A stretch of 61,497 nucleotides of DNA, counting the filler, from Dimorphilus gyrociliatus (Eukaryota > Animalia > Annelida): assembly GCA_904063045.1 (NCBI GenBank). It is 3 parts of 3 records of this genome, joined end to end, with 100 filler letters (N's around TTAATTAATTAA, not from the genome) between each part and the next. Parts side by side here need not be neighbours in the genome. Positions count along the whole stretch, not along the records: positions 18,930 to 49,936 come from CAJFCJ010000134.1; positions 50,037 to 61,497 come from CAJFCJ010000098.1; 1 more part is not named here. One strand, written 5' to 3'. Below are positions 47,601 through 58,003 of the stretch, piece after piece; within the stretch, counting starts at the first letter, position 1; every line of letters begins with the position of its first letter. A program made the translations under genes and the position numbers. The notes beneath the pieces were generated by a model that saw only the letters and a list, made by a program, of their open reading frames with translations, was not told the DNA's origin and did no database searches.

Positions 47601-49801
47601 GGAATTTGATTTAAACATGTCTGAATTAATGGTAACTGTCTTGTCCAATCTGTTAATTGTTCCATAACTACATGTTTATGTAGTGCTCTACGAATTTCCA
47701 AATTCTTTCTTTCTACCATTCCATTACTTTGGCTATGGAATGCTGTTGTTTTAATTTTTCGTATTCCCATTGATGTCACCATTTCTGTAAAGATTTCCCC
47801 AAGAAAATTCCTTCCTTGATCTGTGAGAATTTCTTCTGGGATACCAAATATTGGGAAATAGTTGAAAAACAAATGTTTAGAAATTTCCTCAGCTGTTTGA
47901 GTTTTTAGAGGGAATATGTTGGTAAATCTGGACATGTGGTCTATAATGACAAGTATATACTTGTAAGAATCATGTCCAGTCAGAGGTCCCATTATGTCCA
48001 TAGCTATTCTTTGCATTGGTAAAGTTGGGTGAGGTGTTTCAACCAACAGATGTTTGTTGCCTGGTGCTCTTAATTGCTCACAAAATTCACAACTCTTTAT
48101 GTGATCTTTAATTGTTTTCTTTAGCTTTGGGTGCCAGAAAGCTTGCTCCAAAGTGTGAATTGTTATGTCTACACCATAGTGCTCAAATAGTTGATGTTGA
48201 TGAATTTGTCCAAGTAAGTTGGTTAGAGTTGATAGTGGAATTACAAGTAGTGGTTGACAGCCATTTAGATACCATACAAGGTCTTCTTTTACAAACATAG
48301 ATTCAATAAAGTTTCCATATTCATTCAAAGACCCATTATCAATGTTTTCTCCTTCCAATTTGTCTACAACTTTCATTAGTGGAGTATCTAATACTTGTTC
48401 TCTATAGAAGTTTATTTCAACTGGTGTGATTTTTAGTTTCATAATCTGGGCTTGGATTTCAGCTATGTCTTCATCATAATCATTGTCTAGATTGTCATCT
48501 AAACAATCATCTAATTCTTCTAAGTCCTCTGTATCAATATAAAAGCATTTAAGCATATCCTTTCTTTCTGCTAATTGGGGAACTGTATTGCCATTTTGTT
48601 TTTCTTCATTTAATCTTTCCTTAAGTAAATTACGAAAATCAATTACTTCATCAGTTTCACCAATTCTTGATATCCAGTCTGCTCTATTAGTTCTTCCTGG
48701 TATGTATATTATTTCAAAATCCATATCCATAAGTGCCATCACCCATTTAACAGTACTTGTATTCAGTTTGTTTTGTACAAATGTTTGTACCAAATTTTGG
48801 TGATCAGTGTAGAGAAAAAATTTCTTATACTGTAGATAATGGGAGAATTTTTGTACTGCCCAATATACTGCAAAAGCCTCTTTTTGATAAGCTGCATATC
48901 TTAGTTGTGTATTGATTAGGAGCTTGGAAGCAAAAGAAATTGGTTTTCTTATTTTCTTTCCATCTTCTTCCCATTCTTGTTCTAGAACTGCACCAACTGC
49001 ATAATTAGAAGCATCTGTTGTTAAATAGAATGATTTAGTAAAGTCTGGCAGTTGAAGGATTGGGGGCTCTGTCATTGCATTCCTTAGTGTTTCATAAGCT
49101 TCCTCTGCTTTTTTTGTCCATTTCAGTTTTTCTGTCTTTTGGTGTACTTTTAATAATTCTCTCAAAGGTTTTGTGATTTTTGCAAAATCTTTAACAAATC
49201 TTCTATAATAACCACAAAATGCCACAAAACTCAACAGAGTATTTGCAAACATAGGTAATTTGGCATCTTTTATTTTTTGAATCTTTTCAGGATCAGTTTC
49301 AATACCATTCTGTGTAATTCTATGACCAAGGAATTGAACTGATTCTTGTAAGAATGCACATTTGCTCAGTTTAATTCTGAAGTCTTTTTCCTTGATTCTT
49401 TCCATAAGTTTCTGTAGAGCTACAAAGTGTTCTTCCAATGTTTTGGTAAAAACTATAATATCATCCATATAATTAATGCAGAAGTTTTCCAATCCATTAA
49501 TAACAAAATTTGCCATGATATAGCTGAAGTGTGAAGGTGCATTTGCCAAACCAAATGGCATGCGGTTGAATTCAAATAAACCAAATGGTGTAATAAAAGC
49601 AGTTTTCTCCTTATCTTCTTCTTTAATTGGAATATGATGAAATGCACTTGTTAAATCCAATATAGAAAAATATTTGTGGCCTCCTCCAAGCTTATCAAAT
49701 AAATCTTCCTGATGTGGGATTGGATAACAATTCTTTTTTGATTGCTTGTTAAGTTTTCTGTAATCCACACACATTCTTAATGTTCCTTCTTTCTTTTTCA
49801 C
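44696..49801 (-). CDS. pol: RT-RNaseH-integrase-env polyprotein (N-terminally incomplete)
   Basis: RT YMDD; RNase H TDAS...AYQKE...TDH; integrase HHCC, MDIMG / TDQG / MVER and GPY. Then an internal signal peptide (MLPIRGSIIYTLLAICCLNLVQA, Met at 47125), ~810-codon env, TM LLPIILLIGIGFFIYFIW and a cytoplasmic tail. Confidence 0.93.
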   Translation of the reverse strand: MKKKEGTLRMCVDYRKLNKQSKKNCYPIPHQEDLFDKLGGGHKYFSILDLTSAFHHIPIKEEDKEKTAFITPFGLFEFNRMPFGLANAPSHFSYIMANFVINGLENFCINYMDDIIVFTKTLEEHFVALQKLMERIKEKDFRIKLSKCAFLQESVQFLGHRITQNGIETDPEKIQKIKDAKLPMFANTLLSFVAFCGYYRRFVKDFAKITKPLRELLKVHQKTEKLKWTKKAEEAYETLRNAMTEPPILQLPDFTKSFYLTTDASNYAVGAVLEQEWEEDGKKIRKPISFASKLLINTQLRYAAYQKEAFAVYWAVQKFSHYLQYKKFFLYTDHQNLVQTFVQNKLNTSTVKWVMALMDMDFEIIYIPGRTNRADWISRIGETDEVIDFRNLLKERLNEEKQNGNTVPQLAERKDMLKCFYIDTEDLEELDDCLDDNLDNDYDEDIAEIQAQIMKLKITPVEINFYREQVLDTPLMKVVDKLEGENIDNGSLNEYGNFIESMFVKEDLVWYLNGCQPLLVIPLSTLTNLLGQIHQHQLFEHYGVDITIHTLEQAFWHPKLKKTIKDHIKSCEFCEQLRAPGNKHLLVETPHPTLPMQRIAMDIMGPLTGHDSYKYILVIIDHMSRFTNIFPLKTQTAEEISKHLFFNYFPIFGIPEEILTDQGRNFLGEIFTEMVTSMGIRKIKTTAFHSQSNGMVERKNLEIRRALHKHVVMEQLTDWTRQLPLIQTCLNQIPVGSTGKTPHEILFGLKNRNVLDLLMEVPRLEPTTKFLFDRKHELEEIRATALCKSVLKKKEYRDRVNKAITRKPPTYKIGDWVHIRNENIGQGMNRINTSKWSGPYLVTATDTTKCLYELQILADKRKFYHASRLRLANKQPITVNTVTVRKHQTNGGMLPIRGSIIYTLLAICCLNLVQANVSITKANITVRMLPSVQFCQGQQVHQSFDLADEPVCTFETKQMIKIVANIYEIKADNLAIQAVKCLVKRRINFYTHYFFGAKKHRIEKQTLALSEKQCRTMLYTHKTLNGQNLIEKGKLLMYNENKAPNYKWPRTTVVEEFTTILQIGKAYWNPSQDKITTNLEYLEDCSIKQKFCRTLDSIIIFNPEKGQSLLGHVSPWKIVSHNVECVKLGGYFSCPNYAIMDLPYQDRYIKGYGGPGTRVLVPQKEYDLLRTDLTNSNYADNKIIEDTKYKIISNKEVNRLEKYIGKKSSLRKANVTEIQDILTYNDWYRDGDKTYHMLIKNHATPLVRTWFVKEIISPDIWDIHNKYILKMLKTTKLKPARLVRSQDFELDKKPVTFNPLPNMNIWYQSPKDTQFQIHTENGKYTLLQRKPINHKWKRKQLENIEIPESHQINIKDAIRTAALLNNIDKNFQNLQTVFKQVSQLLCKEFIMRNKMIALLTPLSPQLPTILGSKHGTHSTWLGDLTTLNTCTELKTVQVVCDTTIITKNGLCSKEFLIKYKDLLFSIDPILHHAYHITKEDIRYGTCDQTQHLFKIKKNPLDAEQNQYAIHSGKKTFIYYTRKGCRFQTAAAQSIRMKINSQIEEPKLEVVRLTELLQLGIKEDVGKKHYQIQQVLEYIQDTLTKHREHINFANDLGIDAALSPTQHLFSSWIRKPFKILIDTLLPIILLIGIGFFIYFIWKKKLKRVQFTRLSKLLTKTKRLPSAPTAESEEIELQNYPMFRKSGDNIIVTSPRPFVEARS

Positions 49802-49936
49802 AAAAACAATGGGTGAAGCCCATTGGTTTTGCTTGCTCTAATTAGACCATTTTCCAATAATCCATTTAATTGATCCCTGCATTCCTGCTGTTTGTTGGGT
49901 GGCAATCTGTATGGTCTTTGTTTGAAAGGCTTTATA

Positions 49937-50036
49937 NNNNNNNNNNNNNNNNNNNNNNNNNNNNNNNNNNNNNNNNNNNNTTAATTAATTAANNNNNNNN
50001 NNNNNNNNNNNNNNNNNNNNNNNNNNNNNNNNNNNN
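49937..50036. other. assembly gap with artificial six-frame-stop linker
   Basis: 44 N + TTAATTAATTAA + 44 N. Confidence 0.95.
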
Positions 50037-52218
50037 ATTTTCAAAAGGATCAGAAGAAGGATCATGTATAGAGCGGTCTTTTATATAGCATGAACTACTT
50101 ACTGCAATATAATCAATAGACCTGAAAATATGAATATTTTTTTAACTTATGGGTAAGATTTTTAAAGACGATTTCACAACTTACTTGCAATTGATATTAT
50201 TAATACATTCCTCTTTACATTGATTCAAGGTTTTCTGGGTTAATGTTACTATATGGCCTTCCCTGATTGAAGTATTTCTATGAACTTCATTAAAACAAAC
50301 TGCAGAAATGAGAAATAAACAGAAAAAAGTGAAATTTTGATAATTATTTTAGATAAAAGAAATTGAAATATAAGTCAATACCATCTGGACGTGAGGCTCC
50401 TTCTTTCAAACCAATAAAAAGTATAAAAAACTGTAAGTAAATGTGAAAATACTGCATTTTCGAAAGCATACAATAGAAATTTTATATTTCCTAGTCTTTC
50501 ATTATAGTTTCAGTACTTTATAAGTTTTAACATTATTTTGAAATATTCATGCAAAATAACAAAAAAGTTCATTCACAGTCTTCCTTTTCTTCACACTAAT
50601 GCAAAATTAATTTCAAATGGGCAAAAGTACATAAAATGCTTTCTTCCTACATTGTGAATAATTTTTTAAGTTGTTTGTTCTATGAACTAAAAGCAGTAGT
50701 CATATATTGCCTTGTTTAATTTTACAATGGTTTTGATCAATATGACAAAAAATAATTTATTGAAGTTTTATGCAGAAATATTATAGTATAGACAAGCAAA
50801 TTAACTAACTGACATTGTACTTTGTTCATCTCAATATGTCTTGAACAGCTAATTATACATAGTAAATGCTATATATCTATTAAATGAAGTTTGAAAGTGA
50901 TCAAGTTTTTAACTTCATTCTGTCTGAGTTATTTTTTAATTATGCATTTTGTGAAATAAAATATTTAAAATTATCAAATACAATCTAAAAGTAGTTTTAT
51001 TTCATTTTCTGATTTCTACAAGATCATTTTCTCTGACAACAGCTTTTCATAAAGAGCAAGAACCTTTCATTCATAATTTACCTTCAAAAATGAATCATAA
51101 ATATCGATACTTTGTTAACAGTAACTCTTTAATCTAGGATGCCAGGACTCTCATCATTGTTGGTCTTGATTGTGACTTGATAGATGGGCAAATTCTATAT
51201 TATATGAACATTATGTTTTATCTAATTAAGAGATTTTGCATAATTGATTACTCAGTTGGCAATCTGAAATTCAGTTTAATCAATTTAGTTTAGTTGACAA
51301 AATGTAAATTAATTTAATCAATCCCATTGAATTTTTGTGTGAATTTTGTGAATTTTTTTCATAGGTATGGCTATGAACATTTTCTAGATTATTCAATCAT
51401 TCTTATTAAGTACTCTGTCATTTGCTGGTACTGTTCATATTTACAATATAGAGAATGATAATTCAGTTGAAAAATCTCAATGTTTAACAGGTGATTGTTG
51501 GACAAAAAAAAGGAAACATGGCGAATTCATTTCATTTGAAAGAGGTTGTTTAAATTCACATACGCACTCCAGAATTTCAAAAAACTGAAGTATTAAAAAT
51601 TGATTGAAAGAGAAAATTTGCAAACAACATTATAGAGGAAAATTTTTAAAAACTGGAAATTGAAAACAATATCTGGAAAAGACAAAATCACTTCTTCTAT
51701 TTATAATTTTATGTATTTTTCAACTTTCTTAGTCTACTTTATTATATGAAAATTTTCTGAACTTCTTGCTTTTTGTTAGATTAGAGTGCTCACACAAATA
51801 TAGCCTATTATTTTACTGCAGGTGTGGAATTACGTAATGATCATCTATAGGAAAATATATTGATATATTTAGGTTCATTTTTTTAGTTCCATTAGAATTT
51901 TGATAAAATATTACAGCAAATTATTAATATATAATGAAGATAACAAAGACTAAGCATTAGATCTGCTTCAATAGCTATCAATTGTTCATTATCAACCCTT
52001 CTGTCTTTCTTTGTGTGTGCAGCTGTTTTCCCAATAGCATTGTATAGTTTCTCGACAATATATATTTTAAAATATATGATCTTAAGGAAACTAAAAATCA
52101 ATATAAATATTTTATATTCAGTTGAATAGTAACAGTGGAAATTATATGACAACTGCTTTTAGTTCAAGGAACAAAGAGCCTAAAAAATTATTCATAATGT
52201 AGGAAGAAAGCATTTTTT

Positions 52219-52425
52219 GGATGTGGTAGAAAACAGCCATAAATCTATGGTTTTACCCTAACCCTAACCCAGCCCTTGTTTTTGCCTAACCTTTTTGAAT
52301 ACCCCTAACCCTTAGATGGGACCCTCCTAAGAATATATCAACAGTTATCTTATTCCTCCTGGACATTTCCCAGGCTGAAATCTAACTTTCAAATATTTCA
52401 TTTATGGCCGTTTTCGACCGGTCCC
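52219..52425. mobile_element. MULE-related MITE with internal CCCTAA runs
   Basis: TIRs GGATGTGGTAGAAAACAGCCATAAAT / ATTTATGGCCGTTTTCGACCGGTCCC; interior homologous to 55822-56022. Confidence 0.7.
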
Positions 52426-52994
52426 GCATTTTTTGTACTTTTGCCTATTTGAAATTCATTTTGCATTGGGTAAAGGACAGTTGACCCTTATGATTTTTAA
52501 TCCCTAAACAGTAAGTGATTAGGAAAGTTTAAAGGGTCAACTTGATAATATTATTGTGTTATTCAATGAAAACTATCTTTTGATATTGCTTTACTGCCAA
52601 AGTAGATAAGTAATATGATAAAATATCATATCTAAATTCCCTATCTGTACTTAATTTGAAAACTATATACAGAATGAATACATTGAAAAACAAAAAACAT
52701 GGTTTATTTCATATATTCTGCCACAAATTTCTAAAAGTGTTGATGAAATATGTATCAGAATATTTTTGTTTTATAAATTATAAAGAAGAGAACAGTATTA
52801 CTTCAAATTAATTCCTTAAAACCATCAAAAACAACCAGAATGACTTACCTCAAATTGAGTGATAACAGAAAAGAAAGTACATCTTTCCTCCTTCTCCACT
52901 GAAGATTTCTTATCCATTCTCTGAAATGGAGGAAAATTCCAGGTTTCAAATTCTCTTTTTATCCTAATCAATGAAATCAACTCTTAATAAAAGG

Positions 52995-53300
52995 CTACAA
53001 ATCAATTTCCAGAGTTAAATATAGCTTGAATATAATTTTTGTACCATTTAAATGAAAACAACATCCATTTTTATAATATGGGTCAACTGTCCAGATCCTG
53101 TGTAAGCCCACACAATCTTTCAGTAAATTTCCAAACACTACACATTGTTCTTCATTTAATTCACAGTCACATATATCAGGGTTTTTTAGAGTATTTAATG
53201 ACATTTGAAGTCCTTCACAAATATTTAAAAATCCAATTCCCATATTTTTATTATCACTTAGATAAATTGTTTCCAGTATGGAACAATGATTCAGCAAATT
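52995..53300 (-). pseudogene. decayed RI-type LRR fragment paralogous to the NLR gene
   Basis: LLNHCSILETIYLSDNKNMGIGFLNICEGLQMSLNTLK...CELNEEQCVVFGNLLKDC matches the repeat unit of 58004-59550; upstream stop and downstream frameshift. Confidence 0.8.
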
Positions 53301-53739
53301 TCCAAACCCATAAAAATATTAGGTGTGTTTAATTTTATTATTTAGAATAAAATAATGGAATCTACGAAAATAAAAACAATTTTGATAAATATAATGACTT
53401 TCACTTTGGAAAGAATTTACTTTGAAATTCAAGCTATTTTAGATATTTATATTTGAGCAAAAATTATCATTTTAGGTTTAACAGAGGTAATTTCATGTGC
53501 ATTGTAATCTAGATTAATGTTATATTCATATTTTCAATACATGTTTTTTAATTTTGTGAAAAAATTCAATTTATTTGAAAAATATATTTCAGCCATTTTG
53601 AATAATTGTAAGTATACCTTTCCAATACTGATTTAAAATCAAAATATTATTCTTCTTTTACAGATGTGTTCAATAATATTATTTTTTTTATTTACTAATT
53701 ATAGTTAATATTTTCAGTCTGGTATAAAAAATCATTCAT

Positions 53740-54830
53740 AAAATATGAGAGTCAAATGTAAGAATTGCAAGCTTTTTGTATATGAAAGACAGAAGAAAAG
53801 TCTTGTGTACTTTGCAATGAAATTATTTATCAGAAATGCATCATAACTATGATTTTATATTTTATATGGCTTTAATAAATATTCAGCTATTTCAATGAGA
53901 TTTTAAGGTGTCAGTTTGTCTGGATTATGAAAGAAAAAGATTCCTTCTTCAGATGAAGAGACCAGAAGATGAAATTGTAGAAACTGGTGATGTGTATGGA
54001 AAATTACAAAATTCAAATAATCTTCAAAATGAAGATGGAGAAAGTCACCAAGTTTCAAATGAGCCAGAGTTCTGTGATGATGGCAATTTTGATAACTGTG
54101 AGATTAATGGAAATGAAATGGATGAAAATTTAAATGAGGATGTGACTGTAGATGGAAATGAAGGTATGATGGATGCAAATGTGAATGACAATGGAATATT
54201 GAACAATGGAAATATTAAACACTTATCTATACACAGCTATGTCAAAAAAGATGGTGAAATGAAACATGTTCCATTGGCATTTATTTTTATGACATTAAGA
54301 AAAGAAAAACTTATAAAAAAGCATTTAAGATATTATTTTGAGAAATTCATTCTTTTACTATTTTTAGATGAATGTTTCATTCTTCAGAGTGTCAGAAACC
54401 TAACTGGCATGTCACAGCCTGAGAAGATAACAATTGACTTTGAGATGTGTCTGTGGAGAGCTGTATCCAAAATATATCCAGAATCACAAATTCATGGATG
54501 TGTATTCCATTTACTCAAGCAATATATAGGAAAATACAGGTAAAACATTCATTTTTAATTTAACCTTTAAGGTTTGCCTGTACAATTAATGATTCTTCAA
54601 GTCTTTTGGATACTCTGGAAAGTATATGGAGAAAGGAGAGGACTGGAGAGACATGAAAAAGCTGATGGCTTTATATTTTCTGCCTGCAGATATCATTGCT
54701 CCAACATTTTACAGATTGAAATCTGAACTTATAGAAAAAGAAAAATTTACTGATTTGTTGGAATATTTTGAAGCAATTTGGATTATGAACTCCATATGGA
54801 AACCAGAGAATTGGTCTATATATTGAATAT
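53740..54830 (+). pseudogene. MULE transposase relic (PHD-like remnant, acidic linker, C-terminal DDE region)
   Basis: HSYVKKDGEMKHVPLAF, TIDFEMCLWRAV...GCVFH, LMALYFLP...LLEYFEAIWI...WSIY. Lacks the DGTF segment and is frameshifted. Confidence 0.8.
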
Positions 54831-55042
54831 CCTTATAATTTGGGAAAATTATAGACTTGGAGGGCCTTTGGCAGATGAGTTATTAGTTCAAACATCTGAT
54901 ATTTATGCTCCATAATATTCTTTTTTTTAAATGTTTTTTTTTTTACTTTTTCCATTCTTTTATCTTTCAAAGTTATGTGTTAATCTATTATCATTTTCTT
55001 AGTATTATATATACTTTTCTTTAGTATTAATAAAAAAAAGGT

Positions 55043-55480
55043 CTAGAATTTCATGGGTATGGTTTCACCCAAAATAGCTATGATTTGACTCAGGTACAGT
55101 TTCACCCCTATTTGAATGTCTTTCCCTTTCTTCCTTCCTCCCCTTATAATTTCAAAGGATTGATGGTAATTTTTGTTGGTGTCAAGGTCCCCTGTGGCAT
55201 CAAATGAATCTTCATTTAAATCTTGAGGTTGCAATTGTAATGTTTTTCCAATAGCATCAATTCTTGTCAGGACAATTGTCATTGTGTTTTAGTGATAGCT
55301 GAACAAATATCACATTTGAAAACAATCACATCTGCTGTTCAAATATAATTAATAAAAATTATTAAGAATTTCATTCTCTTCCCAATTGTAGTTGTCTGCA
55401 CTGCACATTTAATATGACACCAAAATGTTGATCCAGATAGAACCTCAAGTTCTTCTGCAAGTATTACCAAATGAATGATA
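55043..55480 (-). pseudogene. N-terminal relic of a PHD/FLYWCH-MULE-like gene
   Basis: WCHIKCA (PHD-like) and SFEIIRGGRKKGKD (FLYWCH-start-like) in broken frames. Confidence 0.4.
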
Positions 55481-55821
55481 TTTGCCAATAAATTTTGAAA
55501 GACTTTGAAATTTATCTTAATCTATATTGTAATTAGAAACAAATTTTTTATTCAAAATCAACAAAATTTACATTGAGCACATTATACTTTTATGAAACAT
55601 TTTCAAAAGATTCAAATTGCAAAGTCTTAAAACTTTTCTATTCTTGTCATTTTTTACAAAGAATCAACTTTTCTTTGGATAGATTTTGTCAAGAACATTT
55701 TGATGATTTTTGTACCAGTTTACAATCATTATCTTCATAATTATCGTCAATTAAACTTTGATTAATTTTCTTTGATGAGAATGATTTATATTGTTTAGTT
55801 GAATTATTAGAAAAAGAATAC

Positions 55822-56022
55822 CACAGAAAACGTCCACAAATGAGTGCTTTTACCCTAACCCTAACCCAGCCCTTAGCAGTACCTAACCTTTTCCATTACC
55901 CCTAACCCTTAGAGGAGACCTTCCTAAGTACAAATCAGTTGCTGTTTTCTTCTGCCTAACCATTTCTCAATCCAAATTTTTGTCTTGAAATTTCTCATTT
56001 GTGGACGTTTTCTGTTGACCCC
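55822..56022. mobile_element. MULE-related MITE with internal CCCTAA runs
   Basis: 22-bp perfect TIR ACAGAAAACGTCCACAAATGAG / CTCATTTGTGGACGTTTTCTGT; shares GTGGACGTTTTC with the MULE end at 27156-27273. Confidence 0.8.
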
Positions 56023-56109
56023 TTAAAAAATGCTCCATACAAAGCTTATTTATTATTTTTTCAACGGTCTCATTTATATAAGTCTTGCAATTGTCAAGAC
56101 ATCTTTGAA

Positions 56110-56260
56110 GCGGGGCAAAAGTTTGGAAGATGTGAGACATTTTTTAAGTAAGTGCACAGCCTTAAGGGAATTTGATATGGATAGCAGTCAATATTTCAGC
56201 TCAATTGATGCACTTTGCAATGGTTCTGCTCCAGAGTCTAAAATAGTAATTATAGTAATT
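56110..56260 (+). pseudogene. possible LRR relic
   Basis: KSLEDVRHFLSKCTALREFDMDSSQYFSSIDALCNG weakly resembles the NLR repeat unit. Confidence 0.35.
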
Positions 56261-58003
56261 AGCCTCCAACATCACAAGTTCAAACTCTCAAACAGAGTGG
56301 AAGAATCTGGACTGCAGCAATGCTACTTCTCACCTTCTATAAAAACTCACAATATTTTGGGTATGTTAACCCTTTTTGAAGTCATTTTCATAGATAACTA
56401 AAAAGATTAACTAATCTTAAAAACAGTGTTTAATTGTTAAAAATTTTGAAGCATCCTTCAATTATTTCATTCTGGCTAGTTGTTAATTTTTCAGATAAGA
56501 ATTTTTAGGAAGATGTATATCTTGGTAGTGTTGAAAGTAATTCTTTTATTTTCTTTGACTCTAACATTAACCAATGCAGGTATTTTCTCTTATACATCAA
56601 TGTAAATCTGTATTCATTCACTCATCCATTCACTTTTTTCTTTTAGCATGTACTTATAATGTAATAATTGAAAAACAAGTAAATATAAATGCATTTGTAG
56701 TATTTTATGGTAATGATTTGGACTTGTGCAAATATGTTTGTGACCATCTAATTCAATGTTATTAAGTACTCATATAACATATTTTAAAGTATTTCAAGAG
56801 CAGTTCAAAAAGGTTATTGAAGTCACAACATATCTTATAGAATTTATCTTAACTAGCCAAAATTTTCATAGTTGATAACAATCTTCAAAGTATATCTTGT
56901 TTTTTATATTAAAGGGCTTTTGGTAAACGCTACACTTACTATAATTTTAGAAAATCACAGTCACCAATCAAAGACTCGCCTAGTAATGCCTATTCTGATT
57001 GTTACAAGAAGAGTTCTTGTTGTAATGTATATCCAAATTGTTAATATTCTTAAATTAGACTGTTCCAATTTTTACATTAAACTTTCCTTTACTGTTTAAT
57101 CCATTCAGGAGGCATTCCACCATTTCAGAGTAATATATAATAAAATATACTTAAATTAGGTAAACACTATTCCAAAATATCACAAAGAGCATTTAGTAGT
57201 ACTTTTTATGGAAGATTTCATGGCGATTGTTCTCTCATATGTAGCAGCATTCCAGTTTGCAAGTAATATGTCCATTTGATCATTTTGTGTCCTAAAATTG
57301 TTTATACAATCATTACAGATCATATGTTAAACAAGGAAGATTTTGTAATCTTTACACAAATATGCCTTCAGATCTAAGTAACCTTACTAATCGAAAGAGA
57401 TAAAGACTATTACTATGAGTCAGAGTAAATTTTAACAACTCAATTAATTACAACAATTCCAACTGAACAACCAAGTAAACAGACACTAAATTGCGTTTCT
57501 GATATAGGTCATACAAAAAGAATTTTAATAAATTTGAGGACATTCCTCTCAAGAATGCAATGAGAATGGTTGATAGATAGCACCAATTACAAAAGAAACT
57601 ACTGGCTTACCAATCAGTTCTCCAGCAGAGAGAAATCCTGTAAAGACAAAAGGAGAAGCAAAATTGAATATCTAGTTCAATGAAAGAATTATGAAAAAAG
57701 GATTTTTCATTATGAAAAAACTGGATATGGCTAATAATACTTAGATGTAATTTCTTAGAAAGTGTTGGAGCTCTTATTGACTTTGCAACAAAAACAAGTT
57801 TTCTTTCCATTCTTTCTAAAAAGAGAAACTAGCTAAAAAGTTTCTGCAATAAAATCAAAGTCAACAGACAAAATTTGAATAGTACATTAACCATATTTTT
57901 TATTCAATTTCAGGAGTAACAATTTGAAAAGAAAGTAAATGAAAAATGTTCCTTGATTGATTGATTGGCTGAGTGTTTTCTTTTCATTGTTGTATTACCA
58001 TGA

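Larger units (their letters stand above)
43743..49936 (-). mobile_element. env-bearing Ty3/gypsy LTR retrotransposon, copy 2 (5' part lost in gap)
   Basis: Inverted, near-identical copy of 18930-25423 with an uninterrupted 1701-aa frame. Confidence 0.95.

Noticed and set aside
44895-49647. Small ORFs overlapping the pol-env frame (and mirrors at 19533-24271)
   Set aside because: Short shadow ORFs with no motifs; their conservation only reflects near-identity of the two copies.
57540-57900. Signal-peptide-like MVNVLFKFCLLTLILLQ and a GFLSAGELI micro-exon on the minus strand
   Set aside because: Could not be joined into a consistent spliced frame.
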